NCBI GenBank assembly: GCA_963816035.1
Contig: CAWFIU010000001.1
Location: 1,954,742 to 2,018,741 of the forward strand
From: an uncultured beta proteobacterium
GTDB lineage: Bacteria; Pseudomonadota; Gammaproteobacteria; Burkholderiales; Usitatibacteraceae
DNA length: 64,000 nt
Direction: 5' to 3'
Position 1 is the stretch's first letter. Every line of letters starts with the position of its first letter. The notes beneath the pieces are model-generated. The model was not told the origin of the DNA. It did not search any database and was given only the letters and a program-made list of their open reading frames with translations. This document shows, piece by piece, positions 18,317-34,656 of the stretch. Made by a program: the position numbers and the translations under genes.

Positions 18317-20224
18317 TCACCTGCGCGACGCGATCTCGCTTTTCAGGCGCGAAATAAAGGTCTCGAGCGGGACCGGTGCCAGGTTCTCCCCGGAGCGCGT
18401 CCGCGCTGAGACCGTCTTCGCGGCGACTTCCTTATCTCCCAGAACCAGCTGGTAAGGAAGCTTTTGAATGCTATGTTCTCGAATTTTATACGTTATTTTC
18501 TCATTCCGCAAATCCGTGGCCACACGGATGCCCGCCGCGCGCAACGTGCCCGCGACTTCGTTCACGTACGCCTCCTGGCGGTCGGTCACGTTCATCACGA
18601 CCACCTGCAACGGCGCGAGCCAGAGGGGAAACGCGCCCGCGTGGTGCTCGATGAGGATGCCGATGAAACGTTCCATGGATCCCACGATGGCGCGATGCAG
18701 CATGACCGGCGTGCGGCGCGAGTTGTCCTCCGCCACGTACTCCGAGCCCAGTCGCCCGGGCATCATGAAGTCGACCTGCATCGTGCCCACCTGCCACGAG
18801 CGCCCGAGCGAATCCTTGAGGTGGTATTCGATCTTGGGCCCGTAGAAGGCGCCCTCGCCCGCGAGCTCCGTCCATTGCGCGCCGCACGCGCGCAGCGCCC
18901 CGCGCAGCGCCTCCTCGGCCTTGTCCCATTGCGCATCCTCGCCGATGCGCTTGTCGGGCCGCAGCGCCAGCTTCACCACGATGTCCTCGAAGCCGAAGTC
19001 GCGGTAGACGTCGAAGGCGAGCCTGTGGAACGCGACGCACTCGGGCTCGATCTGGTCCTCGCTGCAGAAGATGTGGCCGTCGTCCTGCGTGAAGCCGCGC
19101 ACGCGCATGAGGCCGTGCAGCGCGCCGGAGGGCTCGTTGCGATGGCACGCGCCGAACTCGCCGTAGCGCAGCGGCAGGTCGCGGTAGCTGCGCAGGTCCG
19201 AGTTGAACACCTGCACGTGGCCCGGGCAGTTCATCGGCTTGATCGCGAAGTCGCGCTTCTCCGACTCCGTGGTGAACATGTTGTCCTTGTAGTTCTCCCA
19301 GTGGCCCGACTTCTCCCACAGCGAGCGGTCGAGGATCATCGGGCAGCGGATCTCCTGGTAGCCGTTGTCGCGGTACACGCCGCGCATGTACTGCTCCACC
19401 TGCTGCCACAGCGCCCAGCCCTTCGGATGCCAGAACACCATGCCGGGCGCCTCGTCCTGCATGTGGAAGAGGTCGAGCTGCTTGGCGATGCGGCGATGGT
19501 CGCGCTTCTCCGCCTCCTCGAGCATCGTGAGGTACGCGTCCTGGTCCTCCTTGCGCGCCCACGCGGTGCCGTAGATGCGCTGCAGCATCTCGTTGTTCGA
19601 GTCCCCGCGCCAGTAGGCGCCGGCCACCTTCATCAGCTTGAAGACCTTGAGCTTGCCCGTCGAAGGCACGTGGGGCCCGCGGCACAGGTCGATGAAGTCG
19701 CCCTCGCGGTAGAGGCTGATGCCTTCCTGCGCGGGGATCGCGCCGATGATCTCGGCCTTGTACTTTTCTCCGATCGACTGGAAGAACTTCACCGCCTCGT
19801 CGCGCCTCCACTCCTCGCGCTGCACGGGCAGGTCCTTCTTCGCGAGCTCGGCCATGCGCTTCTCGATGGCGGCGAGGTCCTCGGGCGTGAAGGGCCGCTT
19901 GTACGCGAAGTCGTAGTAGAAGCCGTTCTCGATCACCGGCCCGATCGTGACCTGCGCGTCGGGGAAGAGCTCCTTCACGGCGTAGGCGAGCAGGTGCGCG
20001 GTCGAATGCCGGATGAGCTCCAGCCCCTCGGGATCCTTGTCCGTGACGATCGCGAGCTTCGCGTCGCTTGCGATGACGTGGCTCGTGTCGACCAGCTTGC
20101 CGTCCACCTTCCCGCCGAGCGCCGCCTTGGCGAGGCCGGGGCCGATGGAAGCGGCGACTTCGCGCACCGAGACCGCCTTGTCGAATTGCCGGACCGACCC
20201 GTCCGGCAGGGTGATGTTGATCAT
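18317..20224 (-). CDS. thrS: threonine-tRNA ligase
   Basis: Intact 635 aa; [53 protein letters not shown]. Confidence 0.99.
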   Translation of the reverse strand: MINITLPDGSVRQFDKAVSVREVAASIGPGLAKAALGGKVDGKLVDTSHVIASDAKLAIVTDKDPEGLELIRHSTAHLLAYAVKELFPDAQVTIGPVIENGFYYDFAYKRPFTPEDLAAIEKRMAELAKKDLPVQREEWRRDEAVKFFQSIGEKYKAEIIGAIPAQEGISLYREGDFIDLCRGPHVPSTGKLKVFKLMKVAGAYWRGDSNNEMLQRIYGTAWARKEDQDAYLTMLEEAEKRDHRRIAKQLDLFHMQDEAPGMVFWHPKGWALWQQVEQYMRGVYRDNGYQEIRCPMILDRSLWEKSGHWENYKDNMFTTESEKRDFAIKPMNCPGHVQVFNSDLRSYRDLPLRYGEFGACHRNEPSGALHGLMRVRGFTQDDGHIFCSEDQIEPECVAFHRLAFDVYRDFGFEDIVVKLALRPDKRIGEDAQWDKAEEALRGALRACGAQWTELAGEGAFYGPKIEYHLKDSLGRSWQVGTMQVDFMMPGRLGSEYVAEDNSRRTPVMLHRAIVGSMERFIGILIEHHAGAFPLWLAPLQVVVMNVTDRQEAYVNEVAGTLRAAGIRVATDLRNEKITYKIREHSIQKLPYQLVLGDKEVAAKTVSARTRSGENLAPVPLETFISRLKSEIASRR

Positions 20225-20238
20225 GTGGGAGCCCAGAA

Positions 20239-20339
20239 TGAAAAAAAGCGCGGACGAGCCGCGCTTTCATCGCATCGACGACGCAGTGCGAGCCCGCCTA
20301 CCCGTTGCCTTTCGCGAACGCCGTAGTTGGCGGTCTCAT
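20239..20339 (-). promoter_or_regulatory. putative thrS transcription attenuator (leader peptide MRPPTTAFAKGNG + terminator)
   Basis: uORF 20339..20298 with adjacent Thr codons ACT ACG; hairpin AAAGCGCGG-CTCGT-CCGCGCTTTTTTT just before the thrS ATG. Confidence 0.6.
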
Positions 20340-20392
20340 AACCGGGGCCCTTTCGCTCGCCGCGCGTCGATCCATGGGCCGATCATAGCATC

Positions 20393-22544
20393 TCAGGCGG
20401 CCCCTCGCGACGCGGCGGCGAGGATCGCGGGCAGCGCGCCGGGGTCCAGCGGCTTCACCAGGTGGCTGTCGAAGCCGGCGTAGAACGACTTGCGCCGGTC
20501 CTCCTCGGTGCCGTAGCCGCTGAGCGCGACGATGTACGTGTCCGTCATCCCGAGCTCCCTGCGCATGCGCGTGACGACCTCGTGGCCGCTCAGGCCGGGC
20601 AGGCCGATGTCCATGAACACGAGCTCGGGCTTGAACTCCTGGGCGGCGGTGAGGGCGCCGTTGCCGTCGTGCGCCTGGCAGGTCTGCTGGCCGAGCAACT
20701 CGAGCATCATCGCGAGCGTCTCGGCGGCGTCGAGGTTGTCGTCCACGATCAGGACGCGCCGCCCGCCCTGCGGCGCGGCGTCCGGCCCGGGAGCCGGCGC
20801 TTCCGATGCGGCAGCCGGCAGGTCGTGGCGCGCCGCGCGCGGCAGGCGCAGCGTGAACGTGCTGCCCTTGCCGAGCCCCTCGCTGTACGCCTCCACCGTG
20901 CCGCCATGGCGCTTCACGAGGTCCCGCACCAGGGCGAGGCCGATGCCGAGGCCCTTGCGCGTGCGCTCCGGGTGACTCGTCGACCTGCACGAAGAGGTCC
21001 CACACCTGCTGCAGCTTGTCGGGAGCGATGCCGATGCCGTTGTCGCGCACGCTGATCACCACGTCCGCGAGCTCCGCCTTCGCACCGACGTCGATGCGGC
21101 CGCCCGGGGCGGTGTACTTCACGGCGTTGAGGATCACGTTCTCGAGGATCTGCTGGATGCGCACGCGGTCGGCGACGATGTGAAGCGGCGCCGCGGGCAG
21201 ATCCAGATCCACCTGGTGGCCTCCCACCTCGAGCGGCCCCTGGCAGGATTCGAGGGCGTTGCGGATTTCCGCCGACACGTCGAGCGTCTCGCGGCGCAGC
21301 TCGATCGCCCCGCGCGTGATGCGCGAGATGTCGAGCAGGTCCTCCACGAGGCGCGTCATCTGGGCGATCTGCCGGTCCATCGTCTGCAGCAGCGGGGTGA
21401 CGCGCTCCGGTTGCAGCGGCTGGGTGCGCAGCATGTGCAGCGCCGAGCGCAACGGCGCGAGCGGATTGCGCAGCTCGTGCGAGAGTGTCGCGAGGAACTC
21501 GTTCTTGCGCCGGTCCGCGTTCTGGATCTCCTCGTAGAGCAGGCAGTTCTCGAGCGCGCTCGCGGCGCGGCCCGCGAGGTTGTCGGCGAGCGAGAGATCG
21601 TGCCCCGCGAGGTGCCGCGCCGACGGCCCCATCGCGAGCAGCAGCGCGCCGCGCGCCTTGCCGCGCGTCACGAGCGGGAAGGCGTGGATCTCGCCCGCGG
21701 GAGCTTCGTCCGCCGCGTCGCCGTCGATGGGCGGCGCGGTCAGCCGGTCGGCGAACCGGTGCGCGCCCTCCTCGATGGCGCGGGCCTGCTCGCGCGCGAG
21801 GAGCGTATCGAACGCCTGCCGATGGGCGCCGAGGTAATGCTCCCAGCCCGCCACGCAGGAATGGCGCCGCGCGCGGACCGAGCCGTCCGGGTTCACCAGC
21901 ACCATGGCGCCGTAATCCGCGAGGAACGGGACCACGAGCGCCGAGGCGCCGTTGAGGATCGTGTCGACGTCGAGCGAGCTCGCCATCACCTGGGTGGCCT
22001 CGGCGAGGAAGCTCGCGCGGCGCTGCGAATCCTCGGCCATCGTGCGCGCGGCCTGCTCCTTGGCGAGGGCCACGCGCTCGTCGGCGCGCTTCTTCAGCTC
22101 CGCGTTGAGGCGGTGCAGCTGCACCAGCGCCTTCACCTTGCTGCGCAGGATGTTGGGCACCACCGGCGACAGGATGTAGTCGACGGCGCCCAGCGAATAG
22201 CCGCGCGCGGTATGCATCTCGTCGGCGAACGCGGTGATGAAGATGATCGGCGTGTGCGCCGACTTGCGGCGCGAGCGGATCAGCTCCGCCGTCTCCAGGC
22301 CGTCCATGCCCGGCATGTTCACGTCCAGCAGGATCACCGCGCAGTCGTTGTCGAGGAGCCAGCGCAGCGCTTCCTCGCCCGAGGAAGCGGTCACGATGTT
22401 CTGGTCCAGCTCCTCGAGGATCGTGCGGAACACCACCCGCTTGTCGAGCCGGTCGTCGACGATGAGGATGTTCGAGCGCTCCGGCGCGGAGGCATCCGCC
22501 AGCGGCGACTCGACCGGGGCCACGACAGGCACTTGCGTATTCAT
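20393..22544 (-). CDS. hybrid sensor kinase REC-GAF-HisKA-HATPase-REC (indel near 20975)
   Basis: [18 protein letters not shown]; [15 protein letters not shown]; NAVKYT..DNGIGI; C-terminal [16 protein letters not shown] in ORF 20393..20929. Confidence 0.92.
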
Positions 22545-22554
22545 CGGCGTCTTC

Positions 22555-28395
<5,841 letters not shown>

Positions 28396-28396
28396 G

Positions 28397-28843
28397 TCAG
28401 CGGCGTCCTTCCTGGTTGGTCGCGCCCAGATAGCGATCGATGGTGCGAACCTGGTCCTCGATGCTGCCCTTGAGCTTCTCGATGGCGCGCTTGAGCGCCG
28501 CCTCGTCGAGCTTTCCCGATTCCATGAGGTGCAGCCACCCCGCCATCGCGGACAGCGGCGTGCGCAATTCGTGCGACAGCGAGCGCATCACGTCGGGCGG
28601 AACGCCGGTGGCCGCGGTCTGCCCACGGCCGAGCGCCGCGATCGCGCGCTTGAGCGCGCCCACGCCCGAATCCGGGTCGCCGCCCTCGCACACAACCAGC
28701 GCGGCATCGCATTCGGCGAGGCGCTCGCGGGCTTCGCCCCAATCCTCGACCTCGACCGCTTCGACACCCGCATCGGCCAGCGCGCGCACGAGCGCCTCGC
28801 GCCCCGTGGAATTCCTGGAAATCTTCAGTAGCGTCATCGTCAT
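28397..28843 (-). CDS. small HisKA(DHp)-only protein with a degenerate receiver-like N-terminus
   Basis: H-box [18 protein letters not shown] with no HATPase domain before the stop; stop abuts the start of the poly-HAMP kinase. Confidence 0.7.
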   Translation of the reverse strand: MTMTLLKISRNSTGREALVRALADAGVEAVEVEDWGEARERLAECDAALVVCEGGDPDSGVGALKRAIAALGRGQTAATGVPPDVMRSLSHELRTPLSAMAGWLHLMESGKLDEAALKRAIEKLKGSIEDQVRTIDRYLGATNQEGRR

Positions 28844-29043
28844 GGGTCGGTTCAGGCGCTGCCACCGCGTTGATCGGAAACGCGAAACGGCTCTCATGGA
28901 GCCCTTCGAGTATAGGATGCCGTTTCTACCCGAGAATGTAGGAGACCGCCTACACGACGGGCGTTTTATTCGCCGCGTGGCTGTCGGGCTACAATGCCGA
29001 CAAGGCCCCCACGCGGGAGGCCACAGCCGGGAAGACAAAAAAG

Positions 29044-29451
29044 ATGGCGTTGGCGGGGGCCGGGCTGCCGTTGAAGGTGGTGATCGCGGACGATTCCCAG
29101 GCCGTCGCCGAGATGCTGAGGGAACTCGTTTCCGAGGCCGGGCGCATCGAGGTGGTCGGCATGGCCGAGACCGGTCCCGCGACCATCGAGGCCATCCGCT
29201 CGCTGGGTCCCGACGCGGTGTTGCTGGACCTGCAGCTTCGCACGGGGTCGGGCACGGATGTCATCCGGGCCGTGCGCGCCGATCCGGCGCTCGCCGCCAC
29301 GCGGCTCATCGTCACGTCGAACCACACGTCCCCGCAGCTGCGCGCCGGCTGCATGGAGCTCGGCGCCGACGCCTACTTCGACAAGGTGAAGGAGCTGGGC
29401 GCGCTATCGGAGAAGCTGCGCGGGCTCGCGGAGGAAAAGGCCCGCGCCTAG
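29044..29451 (+). CDS. single-domain response regulator
   Basis: LKVVIADDS..VLLDLQL..SG..IVTS..GADAYFDK. Confidence 0.88.
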   Translation: MALAGAGLPLKVVIADDSQAVAEMLRELVSEAGRIEVVGMAETGPATIEAIRSLGPDAVLLDLQLRTGSGTDVIRAVRADPALAATRLIVTSNHTSPQLRAGCMELGADAYFDKVKELGALSEKLRGLAEEKARA

Positions 29452-29774
29452 GCGGCCGGCGGGACGATGCAGATCTGCCCGTCCACCACGCTCACCGGGT
29501 AGGTGCGCAGCGGCACCATGCAGGGCGGCGCTTCCACGCGGCCGGTGGGGATGTGGAAACAGCCGCCGTGGAAATTGCACTCCACGACCTCGCCATCGAT
29601 CTCGCCCTCGGAGAGCGACCCGGGGCCGTGGGTACAGTTGTCGTCGGTCACGAAGAAGCGCCCGCCGAGGTTGAAGACCGCGAGGATGAGGCCGTCGCGC
29701 TCGACCTTGAGCGCGGCGCCCTCGGGAACCTCGCTCGTGGAGCACAGCGCGAGCAGCGTTTCGGGTCCGGGCAT
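29448..29774 (-). CDS. Rieske-type [2Fe-2S] ferredoxin (oxygenase electron carrier)
   Basis: DDNCTHGPGSL..VECNFHGGCF..TG..PPC..LRTYPV. Confidence 0.92.
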   Translation of the reverse strand: MPGPETLLALCSTSEVPEGAALKVERDGLILAVFNLGGRFFVTDDNCTHGPGSLSEGEIDGEVVECNFHGGCFHIPTGRVEAPPCMVPLRTYPVSVVDGQICIVPPAA

Positions 29775-29796
29775 GGGGGTTTCGGGTGCTTCGACG

Positions 29797-29864
29797 TTGA
29801 CCCATTGTAGCGTGAATGTTAACGTGGAAACCACAGACAGGAACGGCGTTCTTCATAGAGGAAC
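29797..29864 (+). promoter_or_regulatory. sigma70-type promoter (TTGACC-N17-TAACGT) followed by palindromic operator GTTCTTCATAGAGGAAC
   Basis: -35 at 29797-29802, -10 at 29820-29825, operator at 29848-29864, degenerate copy at 29828-29844. Confidence 0.65.
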
Positions 29865-29912
29865 GCCTTGGCGGCCCCCGCCCCGGGGTTTTCGAGAAAG
29901 CGATCCCATGCG

Positions 29913-31193
29913 ATGAAAGCCGAACAGAACGAGCTCCTGGCCCGCACCGGGCCGGGCACACCCATGGGCGAGCTGTTTCGTCGCTACTGGCTTCCCGTGC
30001 TGCTCTCCTGGGAGCTGCCGGAACGCGACTGCCCCCCGGTCCGCGTGAAGTGCCTGGGCGAGCGCATGGTGGCCTTCCGCGATAGCGAGGGCCGCCTGGG
30101 TCTCATCGACGAGTTCTGCGCTCACCGCGGCGTGTCGCTCTGGTTCGGCCGCAACGAGGAATGCGGGCTGCGCTGTCCCTATCACGGCTGGAAGTACGAC
30201 GTGACCGGCCAGTGCGTGGACGTGCCCTCGGAGCCGGTGGAAAGCGGCTTCTGCCAGAAGATCAAGCTGAAGTCCTATCCGCTCGCCGAGCGCGGCGGGG
30301 TGATCTGGGTGTACATGGGCCCGGCCGACCAGAAGCCGCCCCTGCCCGAGTGGGAGTTCGCCACGGTGCCGGCCGAGCAGAGCTACATGTCCAAGCGCTG
30401 GCAGGAATGCAACTGGCTGCAGGCGATGGAGGGCGGCATCGATTCGAGCCACGTCTCGTTCCTGCACAGCGGCGCGCTCAACACGGACCCGCTCTTCAAG
30501 GGTTCCCGCGGCAACCAGTACAACCTCGGCGACAAGAAGCCGGTCTTCGAGGTCGTCGAAAGCGAGGGCGGCCTGTACATCGGGGCCCGCCGCAACGCCG
30601 AGGACGGCAAGTACTACTGGCGCATCACGCCCTGGGTGATGCCCTGCTTCACCATGGTCCCGCCGCGCGCGGACCATCCGATGCACGGCCATTTCTGGGT
30701 GCCGATGGACGACGAGAACTGCATGGCGTGGAGCTTCGACTACCATCCGGTGCGCGCGCTGTCCGAGCTCGAGCGCGAGGCCATGGAAGCCGGCAAGGGG
30801 GTGCACGTGCGGGTGGACGCGAACTTCCGCCCGCTGCAGAACCGCGACAACGACTACCTCGTCGACCGCGCCGCCCAGAAGGCGGGCAAGACGTTCAGCG
30901 GCGTCGAGGGCATCGGCATGCAGGACGCATCGCTGCAGGAGAGCATGGGGCCGATCCAGGACCGCACGAAGGAGAACCTCGTGTCCACGGACAACGGCAT
31001 CATCATGGCCCGCCACCGCCTGATGAAGGCCGCCAAGGAGCTCGCCGCGAAGGGCGCGCTCCCGCCGGGCCGCGATCCCGCGCACCAGAAGGTGCGCTCC
31101 GTCGCCGTCGTGCTGCCCTCGGGCACGCCGTTCAAGGAAGGCGCCGGCGAAGCGCTCAAGGCGCGCGAAGGCGTCGCGCAGACCTCGGTCTAG
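29913..31193 (+). CDS. Rieske non-heme iron oxygenase alpha subunit, phthalate 4,5-dioxygenase/LigXa-like
   Basis: TGPGTPMGELFRRYWLP; CAHRG..CPYHGWKYD; NWLQAMEGGIDSSHVSFLH; QDASLQESMG. Confidence 0.92.
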   Translation: MKAEQNELLARTGPGTPMGELFRRYWLPVLLSWELPERDCPPVRVKCLGERMVAFRDSEGRLGLIDEFCAHRGVSLWFGRNEECGLRCPYHGWKYDVTGQCVDVPSEPVESGFCQKIKLKSYPLAERGGVIWVYMGPADQKPPLPEWEFATVPAEQSYMSKRWQECNWLQAMEGGIDSSHVSFLHSGALNTDPLFKGSRGNQYNLGDKKPVFEVVESEGGLYIGARRNAEDGKYYWRITPWVMPCFTMVPPRADHPMHGHFWVPMDDENCMAWSFDYHPVRALSELEREAMEAGKGVHVRVDANFRPLQNRDNDYLVDRAAQKAGKTFSGVEGIGMQDASLQESMGPIQDRTKENLVSTDNGIIMARHRLMKAAKELAAKGALPPGRDPAHQKVRSVAVVLPSGTPFKEGAGEALKAREGVAQTSV

Positions 31194-31200
31194 GCGGCCC

Positions 31201-32307
31201 ATGGCAGAAGTTCTGGCAGCCGTCCGCGTCGGCCCGGGCAAGACCGAGATCCGCGAATTTCCGATGCCGGAAATTCCGGAGGACAGCGCGTTGATGAAGA
31301 TGGAAGTGGCCGGCATCTGCGGCACGGACGTGAAGCTCTACCAGCATCCGCCCTCCCCCGCGCCGGTCATCATGGGCCACGAGAACATCGGCTACATCGC
31401 AAGAGCGGGCCGCGAGTTCACGCGCCGCAAGGGCTTCAAGGAAGGCGACCTCGTCTTCGTCGAGCACTACGTGTCGTGCGGCAAGTGCGAGTGGTGCCAC
31501 CTCGGCCAATATCGCCACTGCGAGAACACGGACTGGCGCTACAACCCGGAAGCGATCCGCTACGGCTACACGCGCGCCGACAAGGCGCCCTATCTCTGGG
31601 GCGGCTTCGCGCAATACGTGTACCTGCCGTGGAACGCGGTCCTGCACCACGTGCCGAAGGGTGTCACGCCCGAGCTCGCGGGCCTCGTCACGCCGATGGC
31701 CAACGGCGTCGAATGGTCGCTCTTCGACGGCGGCGTGGGCTACAACTCGACGGTGCTGATCCAGGGGCCGGGCCAGCAGGGCCTGTCGCAGACGGTCATC
31801 TGCAAGCAGGCCGGCGCCTCGCTCATCATCGTGACCGGCACCTCGAAGGACGGCGCGCGGCTGGCGGTGGCGAAGACCCTCGGGGCGGACCACGTGATCG
31901 ACGTGCAGAAGGAGGATCCCCTCGCGCGCATCAAGGAGATCACCGGCGGCAAGGGCGTGGACGTTGTGCTCGACTGCACCGCGGGGGGCGGGACGATGCC
32001 GATCCTGCTCGGCGTCGAAGCGCTCAAGCGCCGGGCCGGCACGATGGTGATCCAGGGCGAGATGGCGGAATTCCCCAACTTTCCCGTGGGCCGCGTGACG
32101 GTGAAGGCGATCACGCTGAAGAGCGCGCGCGGGCACAGCTACAAGTCGTGCGAGCTGGCGCTGCAGCAGCTCGCCTCGAGGCGCTTCCCGCTCGAGAAGA
32201 TCACGACGCACGCTTTCGGCCTGAAGGACGTGGACCTCGCCATCCGCTCGGTCGGCGGGCAAGGCGTGCCGGACGTGATCCACGCCTCCCTCATGCCCTG
32301 GAAGTAG
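31201..32307 (+). CDS. zinc-dependent medium-chain dehydrogenase
   Basis: GICGTD, MGHE, CGKCEWC..C structural Zn site, QGPGQQG nucleotide-binding loop. Confidence 0.88.
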   Translation: MAEVLAAVRVGPGKTEIREFPMPEIPEDSALMKMEVAGICGTDVKLYQHPPSPAPVIMGHENIGYIARAGREFTRRKGFKEGDLVFVEHYVSCGKCEWCHLGQYRHCENTDWRYNPEAIRYGYTRADKAPYLWGGFAQYVYLPWNAVLHHVPKGVTPELAGLVTPMANGVEWSLFDGGVGYNSTVLIQGPGQQGLSQTVICKQAGASLIIVTGTSKDGARLAVAKTLGADHVIDVQKEDPLARIKEITGGKGVDVVLDCTAGGGTMPILLGVEALKRRAGTMVIQGEMAEFPNFPVGRVTVKAITLKSARGHSYKSCELALQQLASRRFPLEKITTHAFGLKDVDLAIRSVGGQGVPDVIHASLMPWK

Positions 32308-32319
32308 CCGCGGGCGCCG

Positions 32320-32691
32320 ATGGACATCTCGGGCAACTGGACCAGATTGCAGCGCACCGCCGGGCGCGGCGAGCGCGTGGCCGACGATGCCCTGCTCGAC
32401 GCCCTGCGCAAGGGGTCGCAGTTCTTCGACGCGCGCGCGCGTCTGAAGCAGTGGACGCGCGAGCGCTTCGCGCTCCGCGCCGAGGACGCGATCGCCATCT
32501 CGGAGATCGAAGGAACGCTCCCCGGCTTCCCGCCCCTGGAAACGGTGATCGAGTTCCGCACCGCGGACGGCCTGCGCCACCATTTCAAGGTCTTCAAGCC
32601 GCTCGCCGCCGTGGCGCCGGAGGACCTGCCGCCCGGATGGATGAAGGACGCGCTCGCCATGCCCGACGGCATCGAGTGCGATTGCTGCTGA
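32320..32691 (+). CDS. hypothetical protein with C-terminal CDCC
   Basis: 123-aa ORF filling the gap between two operon genes, GC-rich third codon positions. Confidence 0.7.
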   Translation: MDISGNWTRLQRTAGRGERVADDALLDALRKGSQFFDARARLKQWTRERFALRAEDAIAISEIEGTLPGFPPLETVIEFRTADGLRHHFKVFKPLAAVAPEDLPPGWMKDALAMPDGIECDCC

Positions 32692-32705
32692 CACGAGGCG
32701 ACGCC

Positions 32706-33653
32706 ATGGCGCTTCCCCGGTTCAGGACGGTCACCCGCACCCAGGGCAACAACAAGGCGCTGAAGGACGGCACGGTCAAGCCGCGCACGTTCGAATTCGA
32801 CTTCGTCGAGGTCGATCCGCTGATCGACGCCTTCCGCCGCATGGTGCGCGGGCTCGAGTTCGACATCTCCGAGCTCGCCATGACGACGTATCTCAGCGCG
32901 CGCGAGCACGGCAAGCGCTTCACCGCGATCCCGGTCTTCCTCGTGCGCGCCTTCCACCACGGCGCCATCGTCGCGAACGTGAAGTCCGGCATCCGCACGC
33001 CGAAGGACCTGGAGGGCAAGCGCGTCGGAGTGAACCGCGGCTACACCGTCACCACCGGCGTATGGGCGCGCAGCGTCCTCCAGCACGAGCACGGCGTGGA
33101 CCTGAAGAAGATCACCTGGGTGCTTTCGGGCGACGAGCACGTGGCGGAGTTCCGCAATCCGCCCAATGTCGTCGCGCTCGAGAAGGGCCGCAAGATGGCC
33201 GACCTCGTGATCTCGGGCGAGCTCGCCGCGGCGATCAACGTCGAGATCGACCATCCGGACGTGAAGCCGCTCATCCCGAACGCGAAGGAAGCGGGCTTCG
33301 AGGCGCTGCGCCAGCGCGGCCACTATCCCATCAACCACACCATCGTCGTGAAGGACGAGCTGCTCGCCGCGCACCCGGGGCTCGCCGAGGACGTGTTCCA
33401 CGCCTTCGCGGAGGCGAAGCGGCTCTACGTCGAACGCCTCGAGGCGGGGCGCATCGACAAGCCCACGGCGATGGACGAGATGCACCGGCGCGTGATGGAG
33501 ATCACCGGCGGCGACCCGCTGCCCTACGGCATCGCGCCCAACCGCAAGGCGCTGGAGGAGCTGGTCGCGTCCGCGAAGGAACAAGGCATCATCAGCCGCG
33601 CGTTCGCCGTGGAGGAGCTCTTCCCGGCCGCGACGCGCGCGCTGGTGGGATGA
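32706..33653 (+). CDS. 4,5-dihydroxyphthalate decarboxylase-like protein (OphC/Pht5 family)
   Basis: AFRRMVRGLEFDISELAMTTY, AIPVFLVRAFHH, DLEGKRVGV..YTVTTGVWAR, YPINHTIVVK, DPLPYGIAPNRKALE. Confidence 0.8.
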   Translation: MALPRFRTVTRTQGNNKALKDGTVKPRTFEFDFVEVDPLIDAFRRMVRGLEFDISELAMTTYLSAREHGKRFTAIPVFLVRAFHHGAIVANVKSGIRTPKDLEGKRVGVNRGYTVTTGVWARSVLQHEHGVDLKKITWVLSGDEHVAEFRNPPNVVALEKGRKMADLVISGELAAAINVEIDHPDVKPLIPNAKEAGFEALRQRGHYPINHTIVVKDELLAAHPGLAEDVFHAFAEAKRLYVERLEAGRIDKPTAMDEMHRRVMEITGGDPLPYGIAPNRKALEELVASAKEQGIISRAFAVEELFPAATRALVG

Positions 33654-33716
33654 TTTCCCGAGGGGGGAAAAGGGGCAACCGGGCGAAGGCAGCCCACCGA
33701 TCATGGGAGAGGCGCG

Positions 33717-34649
33717 ATGACCGTTCAGGAAGCCACACGCAAGCCGCAGGTCGGAAAGAAGCCGCAAGTCGCCATCATGAACGCGGTCCACGACCTTCCG
33801 GTCCTGGTCGCGCGCGACGCGGGGTTCTTCCGGGACGAGGGCCTCGACATCGACTTCGTCACCACGCCGGGGATGGCCCAGGTCACCACCAAGCACTTCG
33901 TGAAGTTCGACTCGGTGTTCGACCGGCCGCTCGACTCCGCGTACAACGAGGGCGGCATCGACCAGTTCCGCATGTGCGAGTGGGGCATCATGAAGCGCGC
34001 GGTGGAGGCCGAAGCCGAGGGGTTGCGGCACCGCAAGATCGTCGCCCTGGGCGCCTCGATGTCGATGTTCGCGATCGTCGTGAACCGCGACTCGAAGTTC
34101 TACGAGCCCGAGATGCTGAAGGACCAGCCGATCGCGGTCACCCCCAACAACGGCTCGCACTTCACGACGCTCAAGATGATGGAAGGCTTCTGCGCGCCCG
34201 AGCACATCAAGACCACGGGCGCCGGATCCATGCCCAAGCGGCTGCAGGCGCTGCGCGAAGGCAAGGTCGCCGCGGTGAGCCTCATGGAGCCGTGGATCAG
34301 CGTCGCGCAGAAGCAGGGATTGCGCATCCTCATCGAGTCGCACTCGACGCGCAGCGAGGCGGCGGGCGACGACCTCGACGGGCCGACGCTCGCGAAGATG
34401 TTCCGCGCCCAGGCGCGCGCCGTGGAGCTGCTCGAGAAGGATCCGCGCCCGTACATCCACTACCTCATCGCGGAGACGGGCGGGCTCCTCGAGCCCCACG
34501 AGCTGCAGACGTGGCGCCTGCTGCACGCCCCTCCGCAGCCCTACACGCGCGAGCGCTTCGAGGACACGTACAACTGGACGGTGAAGTGGAACATGGTGGT
34601 GCCGGGCGCCACGTACGAGAACACCGTCGACAACCGCGCCTGGAAATAG
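33717..34649 (+). CDS. NMT1/THI5/TauA-like binding-protein-fold protein without signal peptide
   Basis: LPVLVARDAGFFRDEGLDIDF, LKDQPIAVT..GSHF, ALREGKVAAVSLMEPW. Confidence 0.75.
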   Translation: MTVQEATRKPQVGKKPQVAIMNAVHDLPVLVARDAGFFRDEGLDIDFVTTPGMAQVTTKHFVKFDSVFDRPLDSAYNEGGIDQFRMCEWGIMKRAVEAEAEGLRHRKIVALGASMSMFAIVVNRDSKFYEPEMLKDQPIAVTPNNGSHFTTLKMMEGFCAPEHIKTTGAGSMPKRLQALREGKVAAVSLMEPWISVAQKQGLRILIESHSTRSEAAGDDLDGPTLAKMFRAQARAVELLEKDPRPYIHYLIAETGGLLEPHELQTWRLLHAPPQPYTRERFEDTYNWTVKWNMVVPGATYENTVDNRAWK

Positions 34650-34656
34650 GAGCTCC

